The position numbers were made by a program, and so were the translations under genes. The notes under the pieces were generated by a model. The model was not told the origin of the DNA, ran no database searches, and was given only the letters and a program-made list of their open reading frames with translations. DNA of 64,000 nucleotides from Octopus vulgaris (taxonomy: Eukaryota), in NCBI GenBank assembly GCA_951406725.2, contig OX597814.1, positions 174,406,001 through 174,470,000 of the forward strand, written 5' to 3'. This document shows, one piece after another, positions 54,300-64,000 of this stretch. Positions within the stretch are counted from its first letter, which is position 1. Each line of letters starts with the position of its first letter.

Positions 54300-54672
54300 A
54301 CTCTCTACTCTTTTTACTCTTTTACTTGTTTCAGTCATTTGACTGCGGCCATGCTGGAGCACCGCCTTTAGTCGAGCAAATCGTAAGCCTAGCACTTTTG
54401 CCGAACCGCTAGGTTACGGAGACGTAAACACACCAGCATCGGTTGTCAAGAGACAAACACATACACACAGACATATACACACACACATACATATATGTAG
54501 ATATATGCGACGGGCTTCTTTCAGTTTCCGTCTACCAAATCCACTCACAAGGCTTTGGTCGGCCCGAGGCTATAGTAGAAGACACTTGCCCAAGGTGCCA
54601 CGCAGTGAGACTGAACCCGGAACCATGTGGTTGGTAAGCAAGCTATCTACCACGCAGCCACTCCTACGCCTA
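54300..54672 (-). mobile_element. SINE family A
   Basis: Homology to the other copies; (TACTCTTT)n tail. Confidence 0.9.
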
Positions 54673-55489
54673 CAATTGAACATGATTAACATAAAGACTT
54701 ACCCTCTCCTGATAACATAATGAGAAATATAGTCACACACATAAACAGAGAGAGAGAGGGGGGGAGGGAGAGAGAGAGAGAGAGGGAGGGAGAGAGAGAG
54801 AGGGAGGGAGGGAGAGAGAGAGAGAGAACGATAGAGAGAACGATAGAGAGAGATACAACGAGAAAAACATTACTACGTCTGATGTCAAAAATCAGTCAAC
54901 GTTGAATCAGAAAGGCCAAACAGGCGGCGCCAAAACGTCTCTTCTCCAACGAATCATCTTTCAATTTTCTAAAATTCTCTATGATTGTTGTTTCAAGTTA
55001 ACGTCAGCAACTGCTCACAGGCAGACAGGAAAGGATCGTATTCATACTGGAGCCTATTAGCGTTTGTAGATTTGTTCTAGTAAGAAAAAAAGTTGCTCAC
55101 GGGCTGTGAGCGAGATCTTTCGTTTAAAAATAGAAACTTGTGCTATTATTTTTACATTGTTACATAAGAAAAGAAGGAAATGTGTATAAGATAGGTGTGG
55201 GTTATTGTAGAGTTAAATATAAATTTGTATGCTTGCGGGAAGTATATTGTAATTTCAAAGCCTTTGTCACGAAAATTGAGAGTAAGAACTTACGTCACTC
55301 CTTACTATAAATAGCTACATCCTTCTTATTCATGAGTCATGCGCAGTGATTTCAATATAGCTTCCCAACCGTAACCGTGTCGTCTCATAACCTCTAACAC
55401 GAAAACCGTAACCCTTAGATTCAACCTCAACCCTAACTTACTAACCCTAAACCTAAATGAATCCTAACCAATAGTATTATCATGTATTG

Positions 55490-55805
55490 TAGAGCTTACG
55501 ATCGTGAGGTTGTGAGCTCGAATCCCGGACCGGGCTGCGTGTTGTGTTCTTGAGCAAGGCACTTTATTTCACGTTGCTCCAGTTCACTCAGCTGTAGAAA
55601 TGAGTTGCGACGTCACTGGTGCCAAGCTGTATCGACCTTTGTCTTTCCCTTGGATAATACTGGTGGCGTGGAGAGGGGAGGCCGGTATGCATGGGCGACT
55701 GCTGGTCTTCCATAAACAACCTTGCCCGGACTTGTGTCTAGGAGGGTAACTTTCTAGGTGCAATCCCATGGTCATTCATGACCGAAGGGGGTCTTTACCC
55801 TTTAC
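55490..55805 (+). mobile_element. SINE family D
   Basis: Homologous to 31420; (TTTACC) tail. Confidence 0.82.
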
Positions 55806-56223
55806 TGCATGCGTTTAGCGAATGCGTAAAAATCAAAATGAAATAGACCGTTTAATTTTGTTTTGAAAAACTACTATTTCAGACAGTAAAGTACAAGATA
55901 GTTATGAATAAAATAAGTAAATTGTGGAAGCACTTGATATTTTAACCACTCCGTACAAAATACACTAACAATAAGAATGCAATCGAATCAATCAAGAGCA
56001 TAGAAAATAGCATTTTTCTCGAGGAATGGGAATTTAAATTTGACACGTGTTCTGGGGCAGCTGTAGGAATCAATCATTTTCGAATATTAGTAGAATTAAA
56101 AAATAGGGCCGCACTATATACACTTTTGTCATGATCCAGGGATGCAAGAGGAGCCGAAATACCACTATGAGTTATTGAAACAACGTCTGGAAGCCGTTCA
56201 GCGAAATACCCTCCATCAGGCAT

Positions 56224-56697
56224 TTGCCATATTCTGAACGCCTTAATTCCCTGGGCATGGACACATTGAAACTCCGACGTCTGGCAGCTGACTTGGCAGA
56301 CACCCATAAAATTATTAACCATCTTACAAACAATAACTCTGAGCACCTTTTCAAACACCAGCCGTCTAACACCCGTGGACATATTTACAAAGTCAGAAAA
56401 CAGCACAGCACTTTAGGAAACATTTTTTCGCACTGAGAGTTGCTGAAGCATGGAACAAACTGCCGGCATCAGTTGTTAGTTGTCGGAGCACTGTATCCTT
56501 CAAAACTTCCATGCTTTCTGAGATTCGCCAACACTACACCTGACTTTCTCCCCTCCATACATACACAAGCATGTATCTGACTCATACACTGTTCGCTTTC
56601 CAGACATTTGTACATTACTGCATATACTTTATACGCACTTACTGACAAGTTGTGGTTCACCTGAGCACTGTATACAATAATTTCATTATTATTATTA
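56224..56697 (+). mobile_element. CR1-type LINE 3' fragment
   Basis: YSERL..L..LKLRRL..DL..HKII; TRGH; RV.EAWNKLP; (ATT)n tail. Confidence 0.85.
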
Positions 56698-57279
56698 AAT
56701 GTCAAATTTATACAGTTTATTTACCACATAAACCATTCATCAACTGAACGTACCTGCTTGCAACATAGCCAGTTAATGAAGGTAACATCTGTGTGGTTGT
56801 TCGACTCACAAGAAATAGCAATCAAAATCTCCCACAAATCATATTTTATTATGTTGAAAAAAGGACGTATTTCATGAGCGTAGCCAAGATTTCGATTGAG
56901 GGTTCCCAAATATTAAAATAAATCCACCATTTGTTGTCTAATTTACAAAAATAAATGTTAGATAATTATACTTGCATGAAGTGGTGTAAAAGTTCTCCGA
57001 ATCTATCGAGCCCCACCAAGATACCAGGGGTAGAAGTTTTTGATAAAAGTGTTTCTTGTTGGACTGTACCTGATAAAAGATGAATTAGTTACGACTGGAA
57101 TAGCTCTTGATCAAAGATTCGCTCAATCAAAGCTCACATTGGACTTAACAACAACTAGCAGAGCAAATATTGAGATTTGAGTAAACATTTGATCTCTCCT
57201 CCTCCGGCAGCTGTACATCAATGCAGAAAAAACAGCCTCAAGACAAACGACAACGGTGTACAAAGACACCGAAAAGAAA

Positions 57280-57790
57280 GATAGTGCCACAATTCAAATA
57301 TCTGAAACAGATATTAATAATAAAGGAACAAAACTAGAAGCATTTGCAAACATCGTTCAGTCAATGACAGCACTAATCAAACCAAAACCAGTATGGAGAG
57401 ATAGAAATATCACCATGGAGAACAAACTTACTCCTGCATGCACAGCTACTCTCCATGTTCTTGTACGAGTGCAAGATATGACTTCTCACTACAGGGGAAA
57501 AGATTCTGATGTTAAATATTAAATTCCACTGCAACATCATATGCATCTCGTACTTGGATCACATCACAAATTAGAAGCTTTTCAAAACCATTCAGTCTCA
57601 CGTTGGCTCCCATCAAGACCTCACAATTGTGAGGAAAACAAAACTAATGGCGACAGGGGTAAAATGGACGAAAAACATGAAATAAACTGGCAAAACATTA
57701 GCGAAAACCCGAACTCTGGCACACTGTTGCTGGCATAGAAGACTAGTGTTCATCAGTGTTCTCGACGGCACCCTTAGGAAGGCAAAATGA
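57280..57790 (+). mobile_element. Decayed RTE-like fragment
   Basis: AF..L.PVWRDRNIT...KL remnants and a terminal W.N..E..E.W-like segment. Confidence 0.45.
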
Positions 57791-57859
57791 AAAAGGGATC
57801 TAACGAGAATAATTTCTCTCGACCTTCTCGCAAATTCGAGAAAATTCTAGAAGCTTTCA

Positions 57860-57950
57860 ATTAACTTCCGGTTAACGTGGAAGTCAGGGACTTCCGGTTC
57901 ATCCCTTATATAAAGCGAACGCATTTCTAATTTCGCGCTCCTTTTGCCTG
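57860..57950 (+). promoter_or_regulatory. Candidate Pol II core promoter (ETS sites, TATA box, TCT/TOP-like initiator)
   Basis: ACTTCCGG at 57864 and 57890; TATATAAAG at 57907; CTCCTTTT at 57938; locally CpG-rich unique DNA. Confidence 0.4.
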
Positions 57951-57983
57951 TCGGTTCCTAGGCGTACGCATTGAACTACGCCA

Positions 57984-58020
<37 letters not shown>

Positions 58021-58421
58021 CCGCACGCGCGCATATTCGCCTCATTTTGCTTTGATACATGTGGTTGCAAAGTATGTTCATGTAATATGTTATGACTTAT
58101 TATGAACGTCTCACAAGTTCTTAATTTTCTCGTCGCTTTACGTACAAGATGGTAAACCCCTCTTTCTCGCATGGAACCGTAAAATTGTCGGTTGTCACAT
58201 ACTGACATCACTACACGAGTTTCGTTTTACCGATTTTTGGATAAAAAAACAGAAAGAAATTGATGCGAATACGTCATTTTTCATTCGTAGATCGGTAATG
58301 GGAAACTCGGAGTAACGATTTATGAAGTTTTTAAATTTCCAATTAAATTTCGCGCGTGCGCGCATTAACTGACTGAAGCTGTCCCGCACAGATGACAGTA
58401 TACAAACTGCCTACAATTTGG

Positions 58422-58872
58422 GGGTCTTTTCGGTTTGAATGGCAGTTTTTTCTAGCGGTGTCATATGAAATTGTCACCCATAATTATGACCCTAGTATCG
58501 ATGTATTGCATTTCAATCTATTTTAGGGCTAGGGTTAGACTTAGGGTTAGTTAGGGTTAGGGTTAGGGTTATGGGTGGGGGAAGGGTATCTTTTTTACTT
58601 CAGAAATGTAAATAGACCCAATCTGTTTCTTAAACGAGGGGCAAATTCATACGGCACAGAATGTTTTCACCTCAATAGACGTCATTGATTGGTTGAAATT
58701 TGCAGAAATTGAAGAAAAAAAACAACAAATATCTTATAAACCATAGAATTTTCTCAATAAAGCCAAGAGAAAAAGATGTTTTATAAACACATTCTACCAG
58801 TATACGAAGTTTAAAAGTGTTTAGTTACGTGGAAATTATTTTTAAAAACTGCCGTTCAAACCGAAAAGATCC
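58422..58872. mobile_element. Merlin-type MITE with expanded TTAGGG tract
   Basis: Same family as 22528, 28719 and 33516; flanked by a 49-bp direct repeat. Confidence 0.88.
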
Positions 58873-59581
58873 CTGAAGCTGTCCCGCACAGATGACAGTA
58901 TACGAACTGCCTACAGTTTGGACTGCAACTCGTCATATTACATTGACTCAGCCCTTGATTACTGTTCTCTAAATAAACAACACAGTCTTAACAATTAATC
59001 AGTTCAACTTAATCTCACATCTCAGCCGGAACTGTTTTAATCCTTTGTTAATCCGATCATTTTTATCATTTCACACTGTTGTGATGTACGGTCTAAGGTC
59101 GGAGGCAAAGCGTTCGACATATTTAGCCCGCTGCACGGTTTCGTTTCCCAATTTAAAATCTAAAAGGTTTTATGTTTATACATACAGATGCATACATACA
59201 TACACACACACATACATACGTACATGCATGCATACATAGGTACACAAACACACACACACACACACTGATCCACACACATGTGCACAAACAAACAAAAAAG
59301 AACGCAGTGTAAATAACGGACAGATTGAAGACTATTGGAAAGGTTGCAAGACGCAACGAAAATTTTAGGAAAATAAAAATAAGAAATAAGTGGAAATTTT
59401 ACCGGTGAGTGTGTTACATTATAAGGCATGGAAAGAAAATTATTCTCCCCAGACACAACATGATAAATAAAATATATAAATAAATAACACTAAGCAAAAG
59501 AAAAAAAAACCCCATACATTTCTTTGAAGTGGAAAAAGTTAACGACCCGATTTTAATTTCTGCTGGGAGGTATTTTAATTC

Positions 59582-59744
59582 GGCGTAACTTCGGTATAGG
59601 TACCAGATGTACCGGATACATTTCAAGTGTTTTTTTTTCTATATATGGGGGTTAGGGTTAAGGTTAGGGGTGGGAGAAAACGGTTTCTGTTATCTTCAGA
59701 AATGTAAACAAAGCCACTTACGGTACCTATACCGAAGGATCGCC
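59582..59744. mobile_element. Small Merlin-type MITE
   Basis: 23-bp TIR GGCGTAACTTCGGTATAGGTACC/GGTACCTATACCGAAGGATCGCC; perfect 8-bp TSD TTTAATTC; internal TTAGGG. Confidence 0.85.
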
Positions 59745-60218
59745 TTTAATTCATTTCTGTTTTAAATGACAAAACATATGCTTCGCAACTTTCATTTTCC
59801 AAAAGTTTATTTGCTTAAATTTAACTGCTAACATGCTGATAACTGTCAGTTGCAATGTTTTCACATTTTCATATTAAAAAAAAAATTACCAATAAACTGA
59901 GTTTTTCACTAATGTAGTTAAAAGATGGCGTGGTGGGGTAAATTAACTATGTTGCTAAGGATATGACAGAAACAATAAGCCTAATTATTGTCACATTCAG
60001 GGCTTGGTACACGCTAATACTACTTCTATATTAAATTATAGATATAGTTTACCAGCATGCTACCTAATGGACATAAGTTCCTACCCACTGATGTCTGAGA
60101 ATATATTCTTAGTAAGGATTGAGCAGCCAAAAAAATGTGATGAATGATTTCTTTAAGAAAATTGCTTAATTTGTATTTGACAGCAGTCTTTTGTTTCGCT
60201 ATTATTATTTATTATTTA

Positions 60219-60519
60219 CTAGCAGTATCACCCGGCGTTGCTCGGGTTTGTAAGGGAAATAACTATATAAGCATTTTTAGAGAGTTACTTCCCTTATATA
60301 GATCGAGCAAAAATGGATTAAAAATGCGGAAAAATTATGGTAATTTTTTTTTTAATCGTAGACTCATCGTAGACGCGCGCTAATACCCAGAAGGGCTCGA
60401 TATGAATCACGACTATAATATACCCGCTTTTGGTTAAACTGCACCGCAAAACGTGGGAGTAGTTAGGAATCCAAATCGAAGTAGACAGACACACACAACT
60501 ACAGTTTTATATATAAAGA
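60219..60519 (-). mobile_element. Complete non-autonomous Helitron
   Basis: Minus strand A|TC..hairpin CCCGAGCAACGCCGGG..CTAG|T; no TSD. Confidence 0.85.
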
Positions 60520-61051
60520 TTTATGTTGTATTGCTAGTGAAGCGAAACGCTTCCTTGATTCTTAAGCAGATTATTCTGTGAGTCTCCTTTCTATACTGTT
60601 CGGCATTTGTTCTAAGCAATTTATTGAGAGTCAACTATTACATCTAGATAAGGCCTAATGTTTCTTGAGGATCCTTAGGTTAAATACAGTTCAAATCAGA
60701 TTACACTGAAAAAGCCTTTGTTAAGCCTAACCTAATTTAAGTACGAAAATATTATAAATATAGGACCCAAATTCAATTGTTCCTCTTTCACGTGGCCCCT
60801 CGCTAAAGGAGTATTTGGACGCATGACATGTCATCGAGGAAACATTCAACTTTCACCCTCTCTACTCGTCAACTCAGAGTAGTAAACTTCCCTTACGCTT
60901 TCTCTCCTCTTCTTCCATCCGCCTTCTAAAAGTCAACTAAATGACCACAGTTACTTAAGAAATGGAACTTCAACTAATTTTTATACAACTCGAAGCAGTT
61001 GCATTTTATTTTGCAACAGTAAAATAAAAGGCTATTCCAACAAGTTTTCTC

Positions 61052-61144
61052 CTGAGTACCTTGCGGTTGGGGTTTGAACCACCCGCTACATGCTAAATAA
61101 TAGCATGTAGCGGGTGGTTCAAACCCCAACCGCAAGATACTCAG
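61052..61144. repeat. 93-nt hairpin (44-bp arms, 1 mismatch, 5-nt loop)
   Basis: 61052-61095 is the reverse complement of 61101-61144. Confidence 0.95.
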
Positions 61145-61153
61145 TTAGATTCC

Positions 61154-61527
61154 AGGAGTGGCTGTGTGGTAAGTAGCTTGCTAACCAACCACATGGTTCC
61201 GGGTTCAGTCCCACTGCGTGGCATCTTGGGCAAGTGTCTTCTGCTACAGCCCCGGGCCGACCATTGCCTTGTGAGTGGATTTGGTAGACGGAAACTGAAA
61301 GAAGCCTGTCGTATATATGTATATATATGTGTGTGTCTGTGTTTGTCTGTATATGGTGGTGTGTTTACGTCCCCGTCACTTAGCGGTTCGGCAAAAGAGA
61401 CCGATAGAATAAGTACTGGGCTTACAAAGAATAAGTCCCGGGGTCGATTTGCTCGACTAAAGGCGGTGCCCCAGCATGGCCGCAGTCAAATGACTGAAAC
61501 AAGTAAAAGAGTAAAAGAGTAAAGAGA
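61154..61527 (+). mobile_element. SINE family A
   Basis: Full copy with (AAAGAGTA)n tail. Confidence 0.9.
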
Positions 61528-62715
61528 GAGTGAGTCACCACAGTTTCACATGATTGATCTTCATGACCAATCGGAAATCGACCAATCATCGTGAAGCTGT
61601 AGCGTGATATGGCTTGCTCGACCGTTTTAGAATTTGTGACGAAAGAACTCTGGCCGAAATAAGATTAAGATTAATGTAAAAAATAAATAACGCTGAAGCA
61701 AAGTAACATCAAATATATAGTGCGTGTGTGTTTATTGGCTAAACTGGCAAAATGACCATTCCTAAATACAACAACATATAAAAACAGTTTGACGACTATC
61801 TCATGGCAGAGTGTTGAGAGCGGCCGACTGATTAACACACCTCACCTCCTACCAAGCAGACAATCTCTGACATTTGAGCTGGCAGTTTCGGATTTTCGCG
61901 CAGACGTCTCGTTCCTCGGACAGACTGATTCTGAACGTTCACAAGATGTTGCAATAGTAGCTTAAACGTCGAAAATTCCCGCCTTGATTTTTTCATAATT
62001 TAAATTTTGAAGTTATGTATTTGAAACTCTCACCATTCGTATCTAAAGCGTTTACATATTGTTTAATGAAGCCTAGTTTGATATGCAGAGGTGGATATCT
62101 CTGGTCACTAAAAGCGGATTAATTAGGTTTTTTTCTCCGACAGTAAGTGATGTTTGTGCTGGTCAGATTTGTTTGAAATAATGTTCTTTTTTGGCTCTGC
62201 TGTCCCATAAGCAAAGGAAACGGGGATATTTAGTATACATTGCTTGTAGTTCTAGCAGAAAATTAACCATTTTAAAGTTAACACATATGATCTACTCGTA
62301 CTCCCCATATTTGATAAGATTTAAAAGCTTTTCTATATGTTCATACTTTTTAAAAAGTTTTGCTAAGTGCCCAATCGGTATCGAACCGTATAAACTGCTA
62401 TAATGCAAAAACACACACTTAAGACTTCTTTTCGAACTGTATAAAAACAAGCGCTAATCATTTGCATCGTAAGACTCAACCCCTATCTCTTGTAACAAAC
62501 CAGGTATGCCGCAGTAACAAACTACAATTTATCGAAATATTTATGAAATTTTTATCGAAATAAAAAGTATTGTTGACTCTTCTTTAGTCAGTGATGGTCA
62601 TCCTGAAGGAAACAGTCATCACTTACATAATACATACATTCAATATGTGACCGCGTGTGTATCGTTGGTGATTTTTCCCTCCGTCTTCCCTTCCTTGGAT
62701 CTTTTCTTTTCCTAT

Positions 62716-62750
62716 GTTTCTGACGAAGAGCTCCGCTCGAAACGTTAAAT
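62716..62750 (+). ncRNA. Minimal type I hammerhead motif in a ~200-bp pLTR-like unit (~62650-62850)
   Basis: GTTT-CTGACGA-A-GAGC-TCC-GCTC-GAAAC-GTT-AAAT. Confidence 0.7.
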
Positions 62751-62849
62751 CCTTCTTCCTTTCCTTTCCTGAGCGTCCAATAACACTATACATGTTCCAC
62801 GTCCTCGCGTTGTTGTGTTTTCTCTTTGTGTTTTCATGTTTGGATTAAC

Positions 62850-62852
<3 letters not shown>

Positions 62853-62906
<54 letters not shown>

Positions 62907-63097
62907 CTTCAAATCCAATATATTAGTGGCACAGTGAAAACTTGTAAAACATTGCAAAGATTCTCCATCTGAGAATCTTTAGTTGAATAGATGCACGCAC
63001 TTGAGTGTGTGCATCTCTTGAACTCTCTTATAAGAACTTAAGTAAAACTCAAGAAAAATCACACACACATATGCACGCACACCCACTCACGCGCGCG

Positions 63098-63131
<34 letters not shown>

Positions 63132-63592
63132 TACATACATACATACATACATACATACATACATACATACATACATACATACATACATACATACCAACCC
63201 GTCTGGAGCCAAATATAGTTGAACTTGGGCTTTTGGGAGAGAGAAAGCAAGCCCTTACACGATAAATGATTACGATATCTAGGACTATAAAAATCTACAA
63301 GACCTTAAGATTTAAAGAATGATGAACAAAGCAAGATCCTTTCCCTGGCAACGTTGCTACCATGTGGCCGGTCTAAAATTAACTCTAAATTAAAACGAGA
63401 AAAAGAACACATACATACACACATACATACACACACACATACACACACACACATACATGCACATACACACACACATACATACATACATACATACATACAT
63501 ACATACATTACACACATGCACGCACGCACACACACACACACACACACATACATACATACATACATACATACATACATACATACATACATACA

Positions 63593-63623
<31 letters not shown>

Positions 63624-63814
63624 CTTCAAATCCAATATATTAGTGGCACAGTGAAAACTTGTAAAACATTCCAAAGATTCTCCATCTGAGAATCTTTAGT
63701 TGAATAGATGCACGCACTTGAGTGTGTGCATCTCTTGAACTCTCTTATAAGAACTTAAGTAAAACTCAAGAAAAATCACACACACATATGCACGCACACC
63801 CACTCACGCGCGCG

Positions 63815-63850
<36 letters not shown>

Positions 63851-64000
63851 TACATACATACATACATACATACATACATACATACATACATACATACATA
63901 CATACATACATACATACATACATACCAACCCGTCTGGAGCCAAATATAGTTGAACTTGGGCTTTTGGGAGAGAGAAAGCAAGCCCTTACACGATAAATGA
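62853..64000. repeat. ~0.72-kb tandem duplication rich in (TACA)n, running off the window end
   Basis: 62902-63270 recurs at 63618-64000 with one visible substitution plus microsatellite length changes. Confidence 0.93.

Noticed and set aside
58523-58572. TTAGGG run as a true telomere or fusion scar
   Set aside because: Short, degenerate and internal to a MITE present in several copies.
59680-59706. Minus-strand CTGAAGA..GAAAC, plus similar partial cores at ~10410, 31368 and 51450
   Set aside because: No stem II or stem I can form; chance matches.

Overview
AT-rich, microsatellite-dense eukaryotic DNA made almost entirely of transposon relics. The tRNA-derived SINE families and RTE 3' ends look like those of Octopus (inferred from sequence recognition, not from a search). 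No intact host protein-coding gene can be supported, and most long ORFs in the track are (TA)n/(CA)n/(TACA)n read-throughs. Recognisable elements: three Penelope-like (GIY-YIG) fragments; RTE, CR1/L2 and Tx1/L1 LINE fragments; Gypsy remnants and solo-LTR-like units; a complete but decayed hAT element (TIRs plus 8-bp TSD) with two nested insertions; several Merlin-type MITEs (GG..CC TIRs, 8-9 bp TSD), most carrying TTAGGG tracts; non-autonomous Helitrons; piggyBac and mariner MITEs; many SINEs; and a terminal ~0.72-kb tandem duplication. The most notable signals are (1) four minimal type I hammerhead-ribozyme motifs, three of them tied to Penelope-like ORFs or inverted-repeat structure; (2) an ~860-bp element with a 53-bp perfect terminal hairpin, repeated dyad motifs, ATAAA direct ends and a small KOW/SH3-like ORF (Crypton-like architecture); (3) several perfect fold-back palindromes; (4) a MITE flanked by a 49-bp duplication; and (5) candidate promoters near 57.9 and 61.9 kb.
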